Assembly: GCA_009783865.1 (NCBI GenBank)
Contig: WRCR01000001.1
Location: 1-37,709, forward strand
From: Planctomycetaceae bacterium
GTDB taxonomy: Bacteria > Planctomycetota > Planctomycetia > Pirellulales > Thermoguttaceae
Reading direction: 5' to 3'
DNA length: 37,709 nt
Part shown: positions 17,808 through 25,371 of the stretch, one piece after another
How positions within the stretch are numbered: position 1 is the first letter of the stretch
Layout: every line of letters begins with the position of its first letter
Translations under genes and position numbers: made by a program
Notes under the pieces: model-generated
Database searches by the model: none
What the model was told of the DNA's origin: nothing
Seen by the model: only the letters and a program-made list of their open reading frames with translations

Positions 17808-17886
17808 GAGAGACGGCAGATTGCAGACGGCAGACGGCAGCGAATTCTTCCGACTGCAATCTGCAATCTGCTGTCTGCCGCCTCTC
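17808..17886. repeat. imperfect palindrome built from opposed heptanucleotide arrays (GCAGAnn family)
   Basis: Left arm heptamers: GACGGCA GATTGCA GACGGCA GACGGCA (17812-17839). The centre is gcgaattcttcc, which contains GAATTC. Right arm heptamers: GACTGCA ATCTGCA ATCTGCT GTCTGCC (17852-17879). Outer arms GAGAGACGGCAGA (17808-17820) and TCTGCCGCCTCTC (17874-17886) are complementary in 12 of 13 positions. Inner heptamers pair through the GCAGA cores (5 of 7). Confidence 0.75.
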
Positions 17887-18063
17887 TTCCCATTCCACCC
17901 ATTTTTCCCCATTCCCGCAATACATACAACGGGACGGCTCGGTACGATTGCTACTACTAAAATCACCGATTTTACTAAAATTTGCGGTACGATTGTTTCG
18001 ATTAACAATAACTGAAACACCGGACTATTCCCGTTGTTCGTCAAAAACGTAAGGAGACGAAAA

Positions 18064-21000
18064 GTGACGAAGATTTATACGAATGTTCCATCCATGATAG
18101 CGCGTGCGCAACTGCACCAGAACATGGCGACGCTGCAGACCTCGCTGCAGCGGTTAAGCACTGGATTGCGTATTAACAGCGGTAAAGATGACCCCGCCGG
18201 CTTAATCGCCAGCGAAGTTCTGCGTTCCGACATCACCGGCATCAAAATGGCAATCAAGAATACTGAACGCGCCAATATGATGATTGCCACGGCGGACTCC
18301 GCCCTGAACGAGGTAACAAATCTGCTCAACGACATTCGCGGTCTCATCACCGAAGCCGCAAACACCGGCGCAATGAGTGCCGAGATGATAGCCGCCAACC
18401 AGTTGCAGGTTGACGCTTCTCTCGATGCCATCGACAGAATTGCCGCTATGACAACGTTCATGGGGCAAAAACTCCTCGACGGCTCACTGGACTTCGATAA
18501 AACCGGCGTGAACAGAAACGACTTGCGGGATTTATCCGTTCATCAGGTTACCTTCGGTGCCGATAAAAGTCCGATTGACGTTACCATTAACATTCAACAA
18601 CCCGCCAGTAAGGCGGAGTTGTATTACAGGAATCCCGCTATTGCCGAAGAAATGGTTCTGCAATGGGGCGGAAATTACGGCTACTGGCAGGAATCGTTTC
18701 AACGGGGCGCAACCGTTGCGGAAATTGCCCGGGTTGTCAACGCCACTTCCAATTCCACCGGTGTTATTGCCGAAGTCGGTTCAGACGCAATGTACGGCAT
18801 GCTCTACGTGAGCGGATTGGGTCCCGACAACGACATGATAATTCAAGCCGGTCAGCCCGGTGTTAATGCCGGCAACATTGAAATCAAGTATGTGGCGGGT
18901 TCGTCCAAAGGCGTTCAAGTCAAATACGAAGAAGGAATCAGCGCGGGTTCACCGGGCAAAATCACCGTCTATCTTCAGACGGAAGAATACAAAAAGTCAA
19001 CTGCCGATGCGGTTGATAACTCGTGGATTAGAGACCCGGTCACCGGTAAGCCGGTCTCACCGCTGCATGATAACAGCGCGCTGCGGTTTGAAGCGAACAT
19101 TCCCGGCTCGCAGTACAACAATGCCAATATTCATTATGTTGATGCCCAAAGAACCGACGCAAGTTTCGCAGACCCGAACAAAAACCCGGCCGGTTCAGCG
19201 AATTATCCTTACGCAAAGTATAATGATAATGCAACCAGTTCCGTTTCGCTTTTCGGCGATGTAAACGGATTGGGAGGAAGCATCGGTGACCTAACCAGCA
19301 GTATTATTGCCGGCAGCGGCGACTATTTTTCGATTCAATCGCGTGAAGGAAGTTCTGCGTATAATAATGTCGAAATAGAGTTTGTGAAAAAAGCAGCCGG
19401 TTCAACGGAACTGAACGGACGCAAAGCGTCCGCCGTTTATACTGAAGAAAAAGACATATACGGTAATGTTAAAGAGAATGGTAAAAAATTAACTATCTAC
19501 TTTGATGATACCGGTACGGCAACACTGCAAGATGTACAAGACGCATTGCGGATAGAACGGCACGAAAAAGACGGAGGAATGGTAACCGGTGCTTTCGAGT
19601 TGAAATCATCTGTTCCTGCTTCGAGTATTGTTCTTAATGGGGCAGCGGCTGTTGATACCGTTGCTGCAAGCGGCAACACCCACAACAGCGGCGGTGAAGC
19701 AGGAACACTGTTTATCTATCTGCCGCCGCCGACAGGTCCCGATGGTATTTCGAGATTTCCTGCCGGACATCCGATGGCAGGACAGCCTATCACAGCGAAT
19801 GATATTGCTGCTCTCTTCGACCTGGACAATAATGCTTCAAAGGGCAGTGAACGTGCTGCCGGTTTGTTCACCGTTACTAATACCGTGGACAACGACGGAA
19901 CGGGCAGTATCTATTTATATGATAATATCCCCGGCAATGTGAAGGCAGTGACCGCTTTCACGAAAGCATTTAAAGGCGGTGTCACCGGCGGCGATGTTAT
20001 AACAACTGCGGCGGAACTTATCACCGTGTTAAACAATTCGGCGTATTGGGGAACGATGATGTGTCCCGAAATGATTGCCGAACTCGCCGTTGAAAATGCC
20101 GACGGCAAGTATTACGACTTGATACCGGACAAGCCCGTTGTTATGGCGCGGCTTGCCCCGAACAATAACGGACTACAAGCCGTCAAGGTTTTTGAAGAAG
20201 TTGCTTATTACGGCAATCCAAACGAAGGTACCGGTTTGCAATTCCTTGGCGAAAAGGACTCGCCGAGCATTCGATTCGTTGCTGAACCGGGCAACAGCCA
20301 ACTCTGGATAGACCGGACAACTGTACCGGCATCCGAAGGATTGTCGCAAGCCGTTTTAACAGCGCAGGAAGGCGGCGCAAGTTTGACAATAACCGCTGTC
20401 AAAAAAGGCGGCGATTACGACGACGTTCAATTTGTCTTCAAACGGATTAACGAAGATGTACTGGCAGTAATCTCACCTGACCGCGCAGACGGCTGGGTGG
20501 AATATGACCCCGGCGTGTCTCAAGCGGAAGCGCACGCCGTCTTTCGGGATGCCACATCGTCAACACCGGTTGCGAACACGGGATTTTACATCAAAGCAAC
20601 TGAACGCGGCGACATGTATAATAACGTTGCCATTCAGATGCGGCTCGATGACACTATGGCGGACATCGAGGACGGAATTCAGGACGGCATCGTTGTTAAG
20701 TTTGATTCCAAGACCAACAGTTTGCAGATTGCGATAGACAGCACAAAAGTTGGAAGCATAACTGCGAATGATGTAATAGCAGCGATTAACAATGCCAAAC
20801 TAGGTTTTACTGCGGAACTTTCTTTCGCAGAAGATATTAACAACACCGGACTCGGAACATTCGACACCATCGGTTTGTCAACCGGTCGGCTGACTGAAAT
20901 CGCCAACACCGGAACGACCGGCGGACACAAAGGCGGAACCGTTACCGTCTGGCTCGCTGACGAGATTGACGGTGTTCCATATATCCCGCCGACTCAAGAT

Positions 21001-22650
21001 GATATTGTCCGTCTCATCAACAACGACCCCGTTGTCGGAAGATTGTTCACGGCAAAGGCGTACAATACTGTTGAAACCACCGACAGCAGGCAGATTAACT
21101 TCGTCAAAGACGGACCTATCGTTTCTCAAGGCGGTTTGATTCAAAAAGCGGTTATAACGGTGCATCTTGTAACCGACCAGTACGGATTGGTTCAAACCAC
21201 TGCGAAGGATTTGCAGAATTGGTGGAATGCGCAAGACCCCGCATACGTGGAAAACATCAGCGTCAGTATTGTTCGTCCGCAAGGTGCGCAGTGGGATGCA
21301 TGCGATGACCCTTACGGATACGGAATACTCAAGCCCACCGTTTCACTCGGCGACTGTAATGAAATTATCGTCAACGACATTCAGTTTGTCGGCTGGAACG
21401 ATAATGCCGAACAGCAGAATTACGTTGCAAAGTATTCGACCGGTACAATGACTTCGCAGCGGGGCATCAATTCCTCGTATCAACTGATTGCACGTCAACT
21501 CGGACCCGATTGGGACGGTTATACTATTAGGTATATCAACGATGATTCGCTGACGGGGCGTTATGCGGATAATGTCGTAGCGGGTTCTTCCGATAATCCC
21601 TGCGATGGCGAAGAATACAACGGCTTGAAACGTGATGACTGCGGAAACCTGATAACGCCGGTCAGCGGTACCGAGAACGGCATGCGGCTGGTAATGGACC
21701 CGATAACTAAAGAGATAACGATTTATGTTAAGTTCGGAGCGACTACCGCAAGCGACATTGAGCAGTTAATTGAAAATGATGTCCGCACCCGAAATTATTT
21801 CAGTGTCAATCAACTCGGTGACGGCACCGGACTTATCAATCTCGATGACAATACGCTGCTCACAACGGGCGGAGCAATACCGCCGGGCAATCTGAACGGC
21901 GCGAAACTTATACAGGGTGCCGATGCCAGCGATTACTTCCTGATATTCAAATCACAGGAATATGGAAGTGATAAATTCGTCGATGTGCGGGCTTATGCTC
22001 CAACCGGCGGAACGACATCTTTCACGGTGCAGGATTCCAAAGGAAAGACCGTTGAGAAAACCTACGGACAGGATGTACTCGCTTTGGTTAACGGTGTGAA
22101 GGCAGTCGGGCGCGGCTTGAACGCTTCGCTGAACACTTCTATTCTGTCGCTGGACTTTACATTGAGCGAAGATTCCGGGACTGACCCGAATTATTCCTCG
22201 ACTTTCACTATCAACGGCGGCGGCGCAACTTATCAGATAGGTCCCGATGTTGTTTCCAATCAGCAAATCACGCTGGGAATACAAAGTGTCAACACGGCGC
22301 AACTCGGCGGCGCAAGCGGCAAGTTGTATCAGTTGCGCAGCGGACAAGATGCTTCGTTGACGAATGATACTAACAAGGCGTTCCGCATCGTTCAGGAGTC
22401 GATTTTATCGATAACGCAGGTTCGCGGTCGGCTGGGAACGATTCAAAAGGCGACGTTTGATACTAACATTAACGTGTTGAATGACACACTGCAAGCGTTG
22501 ACGGAAGCGGAAAGCCAAATCCGTGATGCCGACTTTGCGGAGGAGACGGCAAACTTGACGCGGGCGCAAATTCTGGTGCAGGCAGGCATAAATTCGCTGG
22601 GTATAGCGAATCAACTGCCGCAGTATGTATTGAGTTTGCTCGGACGATGA
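18064..22650 (+). CDS. giant flagellin, 1528 aa from GTG 18064
   Basis: The N-terminus has ARAQLHQNMATLQTSLQRLSTGLRINSGKDDPAGLIASEVLRSDITGIKMAIKNTERANMMIATADSALNEV (flagellin N domain). The C-terminus has RGRLGTIQKATFDTNINVLNDTLQALTEAESQIRDADFAEETANLTRAQILVQAGINSLGIANQLPQYVLSLLGR (flagellin C domain). AAGGAG at 18051-18056 lies 7 nt before GTG 18064, so I prefer that start over the track's TTG 18034. Confidence 0.9.
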   Translation: MTKIYTNVPSMIARAQLHQNMATLQTSLQRLSTGLRINSGKDDPAGLIASEVLRSDITGIKMAIKNTERANMMIATADSALNEVTNLLNDIRGLITEAANTGAMSAEMIAANQLQVDASLDAIDRIAAMTTFMGQKLLDGSLDFDKTGVNRNDLRDLSVHQVTFGADKSPIDVTINIQQPASKAELYYRNPAIAEEMVLQWGGNYGYWQESFQRGATVAEIARVVNATSNSTGVIAEVGSDAMYGMLYVSGLGPDNDMIIQAGQPGVNAGNIEIKYVAGSSKGVQVKYEEGISAGSPGKITVYLQTEEYKKSTADAVDNSWIRDPVTGKPVSPLHDNSALRFEANIPGSQYNNANIHYVDAQRTDASFADPNKNPAGSANYPYAKYNDNATSSVSLFGDVNGLGGSIGDLTSSIIAGSGDYFSIQSREGSSAYNNVEIEFVKKAAGSTELNGRKASAVYTEEKDIYGNVKENGKKLTIYFDDTGTATLQDVQDALRIERHEKDGGMVTGAFELKSSVPASSIVLNGAAAVDTVAASGNTHNSGGEAGTLFIYLPPPTGPDGISRFPAGHPMAGQPITANDIAALFDLDNNASKGSERAAGLFTVTNTVDNDGTGSIYLYDNIPGNVKAVTAFTKAFKGGVTGGDVITTAAELITVLNNSAYWGTMMCPEMIAELAVENADGKYYDLIPDKPVVMARLAPNNNGLQAVKVFEEVAYYGNPNEGTGLQFLGEKDSPSIRFVAEPGNSQLWIDRTTVPASEGLSQAVLTAQEGGASLTITAVKKGGDYDDVQFVFKRINEDVLAVISPDRADGWVEYDPGVSQAEAHAVFRDATSSTPVANTGFYIKATERGDMYNNVAIQMRLDDTMADIEDGIQDGIVVKFDSKTNSLQIAIDSTKVGSITANDVIAAINNAKLGFTAELSFAEDINNTGLGTFDTIGLSTGRLTEIANTGTTGGHKGGTVTVWLADEIDGVPYIPPTQDDIVRLINNDPVVGRLFTAKAYNTVETTDSRQINFVKDGPIVSQGGLIQKAVITVHLVTDQYGLVQTTAKDLQNWWNAQDPAYVENISVSIVRPQGAQWDACDDPYGYGILKPTVSLGDCNEIIVNDIQFVGWNDNAEQQNYVAKYSTGTMTSQRGINSSYQLIARQLGPDWDGYTIRYINDDSLTGRYADNVVAGSSDNPCDGEEYNGLKRDDCGNLITPVSGTENGMRLVMDPITKEITIYVKFGATTASDIEQLIENDVRTRNYFSVNQLGDGTGLINLDDNTLLTTGGAIPPGNLNGAKLIQGADASDYFLIFKSQEYGSDKFVDVRAYAPTGGTTSFTVQDSKGKTVEKTYGQDVLALVNGVKAVGRGLNASLNTSILSLDFTLSEDSGTDPNYSSTFTINGGGATYQIGPDVVSNQQITLGIQSVNTAQLGGASGKLYQLRSGQDASLTNDTNKAFRIVQESILSITQVRGRLGTIQKATFDTNINVLNDTLQALTEAESQIRDADFAEETANLTRAQILVQAGINSLGIANQLPQYVLSLLGR

Positions 22651-23061
22651 TTAAAAGTCATCGCCGTAGCCGTCATCGCTGAAGGCATCGTTTTTGCGGA
22701 ATCTTCTGCCTCTTCCTCCGCCGCGATGTTCACGGGGACTTTCGTAGTGTTCCTCTCCCCGTGAATCGCCGCTTCGCGGGTCAATATCCCGAGGCGGAGC
22801 AATTTCACGCGGCGGACGAGGATTGCCCGTATTGTCGTTTGCCTTGAATTCAGGTCGGTCACCGAAAATACGATGTAAAATCTCCTGAACATCTTCTGCG
22901 GTCTCGGTGACAAGCAGTTCGCTTGCATCCCGGAAATGCAGCGCACTTCCGTTCTTCACGTTTTTCACGAAAACAAGTTCATTGAGGTTGACGACTACCG
23001 CACCCGAATTGTTCGTAAAAAAAACAAACTGCGGTGCCGCTGCATTGTTATGTTGTGCCAT
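22651..23061 (-). CDS. small protein with a possibly FlbD-like N-terminal ~60 aa and a disordered R/G/D/P-rich tail, 136 aa
   Basis: FVFFTNNSGAVVVNLNELVFVKNVKNGSALHFRDASELLVTETAEDVQEIL loosely follows the FlbD pattern (..N-G....N......I.L..G...V.E..EEV.E.I) as I remember it. The tail RPPREIAPPRDIDPRSGDSRGEEHYESPREHRGGGRGRRFRK is low-complexity. The coding call is moderately safe; the functional call is weak. Confidence 0.4.
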   Translation of the reverse strand: MAQHNNAAAPQFVFFTNNSGAVVVNLNELVFVKNVKNGSALHFRDASELLVTETAEDVQEILHRIFGDRPEFKANDNTGNPRPPREIAPPRDIDPRSGDSRGEEHYESPREHRGGGRGRRFRKNDAFSDDGYGDDF

Positions 23062-23292
23062 TGCTATTCTCCAAGTTGCGAAATTAAAACAACAGCGGAT
23101 ATTCTAACAGAGACAAAACGGAAATGCAAGAGGAGAAATTTTTTGTGAAATTTTTCGTTTTTGCGATTTCCCTCTTGTAATTTTTCCGAAGATAAAGGAC
23201 AATGCTCGTGTTGTACGGTAGTTTATCGTTTATTTTTTCCTAAAACCGCCGCTTATAACGGCTGGGTTAAACTTTTTGTTAGGAGTTTTCAA

Positions 23293-24561
23293 ATGCAGAA
23301 CCTTATGATGTTCGTTTGTTCGATTGTTTCCGTAACCACAGAAGGGATAAAAGTAGGTAATTTGAGGGGGGGAAACGAAATAATACGAGCGGCGGGCATA
23401 CGCCCGCCGGTAAATGACGCTAAGAGAGCGTTTACGCTCGTAGAACTACTCGTAGTTATCGCCATTATCGGCGTTCTAATCGCATTACTTTTACCCGCAG
23501 TGCAGGCAGCCCGTGAAGCCGCAAGAAGAATGCAGTGTACCAATAATCTTAAGCAACTGTCATTGGCGGTTCACAATTACCACGATGTGAATAACGCGTT
23601 GCCGACCTGTATGTCGGCTATCCACAAAGCGGTTCTCGACCCTGCAAATCGCGGACAGTGGACTTTCAGTGTGCTGACGAAGGCATGTTCTTTCATTGAA
23701 GCACAGGTAACCCTCGATGCAATGGCGAATGAACCTAGTTGCAGTACGCAAGGGGGAACCGATTCTTCATTTCCGCTTGAAATCAGGAACAAGAACTTTG
23801 CGTGGCTAATGTGTCCTTCCGGCGGCAATGAACCGCCCTGCACCGACTGGGGCGGTCCCACCATTAGCGGTGTAATAAACAACACCAGTCGGCATAATTA
23901 CGGACCTATGACCGGTGATATTGCTCCTACAATAGGAACTTCGGGAACAGACCAGTGGGGCTGGGCTCCAAATACCTCTGCTAACATACCTGGCGCGGTT
24001 CCTTGCCGCCGCGGCTTTTTTGATTTGAGAATGTCGTGGAAGAATTTTTCGGCAATAGAAGACGGACTCTCAAATACACTTTGTTTTTCGGAGCGGCTGG
24101 GAGTTGCAGGTCCGAACCGGACTGCTCCGGGCAACGACTGGGACCCCAAAAATCCGAAAAGGGGAAATGTCTATGGCAATTTTACAACCCGAAATGACTG
24201 CATCACGCTGGCACAAGGAACTTATTCCGGGTCACGAAATGCTTTCGGTTCAATCTGGACAGAAGGAAAGGCGGCAGTTTGTACTCTTCAAACAATTCTT
24301 GCCCCGAATGCGGCGGCTTGTTTGAGCGGCAGCAACTGGGGAAGCGGCGGAAAATCCTTGAATTCACCCTCAAGCAATCACAGCGGCGGCGTAAATGCTG
24401 CGCTGGGTGACGGCAGTGTGCGTTTCGTTTCGGAAACGATTAACACCGGAAGCGATTACACGACAGCAATACCGACTCAAGCGTCAACAAGCGGTGCTTC
24501 GCTCTGGGGTGTTTGGGGAGCAATTGGCAGTGCAATCGGAAAAGAAAGCGTAACGTTATAG
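23293..24561 (+). CDS. prepilin-type N-terminal cleavage/methylation domain protein with DUF1559 / H-X9-DG C-terminal motif
   Basis: [55 protein letters not shown] is the classic type IV pilin-like N-terminus plus DUF1559 start. [17 protein letters not shown] is H-X9-DG. ATG 23293 was chosen because of AGGAG at 23281-23285. That gives an unusually long ~49-aa leader; an in-frame TTG at 23362 is an alternative. Confidence 0.85.
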   Translation: MQNLMMFVCSIVSVTTEGIKVGNLRGGNEIIRAAGIRPPVNDAKRAFTLVELLVVIAIIGVLIALLLPAVQAAREAARRMQCTNNLKQLSLAVHNYHDVNNALPTCMSAIHKAVLDPANRGQWTFSVLTKACSFIEAQVTLDAMANEPSCSTQGGTDSSFPLEIRNKNFAWLMCPSGGNEPPCTDWGGPTISGVINNTSRHNYGPMTGDIAPTIGTSGTDQWGWAPNTSANIPGAVPCRRGFFDLRMSWKNFSAIEDGLSNTLCFSERLGVAGPNRTAPGNDWDPKNPKRGNVYGNFTTRNDCITLAQGTYSGSRNAFGSIWTEGKAAVCTLQTILAPNAAACLSGSNWGSGGKSLNSPSSNHSGGVNAALGDGSVRFVSETINTGSDYTTAIPTQASTSGASLWGVWGAIGSAIGKESVTL

Positions 24562-24800
24562 TGAATAGTTAATAGTGAATAGTTACGCAAGCGATTATTT
24601 ACTATTCACTGACCACTATCCACTATTTACTAGAGTTGTTCGGGAATCGACATTTCTGCGTAGGTAGGAATTCAGAGGAACAGGTATAACCTTTTACGTC
24701 TAGATTCCCGTTTTCACGGGAATGACCGTTTTGGAGTTTCCGAACAGGTCCACTATTTACTATTTACTGTTTACTAACCACTATTCACTATTAACTATTA
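24559..24800. repeat. composite intergenic element: three heptanucleotide arrays (ACTATTN family) plus a 20-bp perfect inverted repeat flanking ~196 bp
   Basis: Array 1 (inverse orientation): TAGTGAA TAGTTAA TAGTGAA TAGTTAC, 24559-24586; its first TAG is the stop of the upstream gene. Array 2: ACTATTC ACTGACC ACTATCC ACTATTT ACTAGAG, 24601-24635. Array 3: ACTATTT ACTATTT ACTGTTT ACTAACC ACTATTC ACTATTA ACTATTA, 24752-24800; its last A is the A of the downstream ATG. AATAGTTAATAGTGAATAGT (24564-24583) is the exact reverse complement of ACTATTCACTATTAACTATT (24780-24799). Confidence 0.85.
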
Positions 24801-25339
24801 TGAAACTTTCTGTCGTCTGCCGTCTGCTGTCAGCCGTCTTCTTTCCTTGTCTACTGTCTTTTTCCGGCTGCGGCGGCGGACAAGCAGTGCCGCCGGGCTT
24901 TCCGGCAAAACTCACTTCGGTAACCATTACATTGCAGAACAGCGGGCAGCCGGTTCACGAAGCGGCGGTCTCGCTGATTGCTGAACCGCCGGAACCGTAT
25001 CTTGTCAGCGCAATAACGAATACTGCCGGTACTGCGAAACCGCAAACGATAATCAATGCCTTTTCACGGGAAGGTGTTCCGCCCGGTACATACAAAGTGC
25101 TGATAAAAAATCAGATGAAGTCAACCGTACCGGAATTGAGACCGGAAGACGCAACGGACTCTGCAAAGGAAGCCGAATATCAGGCAAAAGTTGAAAAAGA
25201 AAGAGCGGAGCAGCAGAAACAGAGCGGCATTTCGCCGGACTGGAGCGATATTAAGAAAACGCCGTTCAAGTTGACTATTCCAAATGAAGCAAAAAGCATT
25301 ACAATAGAATTCTCGGATACAAAAACATTTGAGCAATAA
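24800..25339 (+). CDS. small lipoprotein, 179 aa
   Basis: MKLSVVCRLLSAVFFPCLLSFSGCGGGQ is a signal peptide with a lipobox-like FSG-C. The body (TSVTITLQNSGQPVHEAAVSLIA..., GTYKVLIKN) looks like a small beta-sandwich (carboxypeptidase-regulatory/transthyretin-like; inference only). The track ORF starts at 24722, but that extension only translates the heptamer array. Confidence 0.65.
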   Translation: MKLSVVCRLLSAVFFPCLLSFSGCGGGQAVPPGFPAKLTSVTITLQNSGQPVHEAAVSLIAEPPEPYLVSAITNTAGTAKPQTIINAFSREGVPPGTYKVLIKNQMKSTVPELRPEDATDSAKEAEYQAKVEKERAEQQKQSGISPDWSDIKKTPFKLTIPNEAKSITIEFSDTKTFEQ

Positions 25340-25371
25340 TTGATGCTATCAACTAACGAAAGGAAAATTTC

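Noticed and set aside
17808-17886. Invertible promoter switch at the heptamer palindrome
   Set aside because: The two arms are adjacent, separated by only a 12-nt centre. Nothing is flanked that could invert, so a hairpin or operator is the better reading.
17956-18005. Sigma-28 (FliA) type promoter TAAA-N15-GCCGATAA upstream of the flagellin
   Set aside because: TAAA boxes exist at 17958-17961 and 17976-17979. The best -10-like element (TTCGATTA, about 17997-18004) is 17 nt away and a poor match, so this is not convincing by eye.
17586-18052. Overlapping ORFs on both strands in the autotransporter/flagellin intergenic region (for example 17586..17960, 17696..18052, 17805..18044)
   Set aside because: They merely translate the heptamer palindrome (CRLQTADG..., QSAVCRL...). 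There is no RBS and no domain signal.
18034-18063. TTG 18034 as the flagellin start
   Set aside because: AAGGAG at 18051-18056 would then lie inside the ORF. GTG 18064 gives the canonical flagellin N-terminus (MTKIYTNVPS...).
18540-22290. Enzymatic (flagellinolysin-type metallopeptidase) insert in the flagellin
   Set aside because: I found no HExxH motif in the central region. It looks like repeated structural modules instead.
22611-22946. 111-aa minus-strand ORF overlapping the flagellin end and the 136-aa ORF
   Set aside because: It is an alternative frame of the 22651..23061 ORF, has an arginine-rich shadow composition, and overlaps the flagellin C-terminus.
24722-24799. N-terminal extension of the lipoprotein ORF (MTVLEFPNRSTIYYLLFTNHYSLLTI)
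   Set aside because: It is a translation of the heptamer array. The lipoprotein signal peptide begins cleanly at ATG 24800.
24559-24800. CRISPR array
   Set aside because: The repeats are 7 nt, contiguous and degenerate. There are no 25-40-nt repeats, no spacers and no cas genes.
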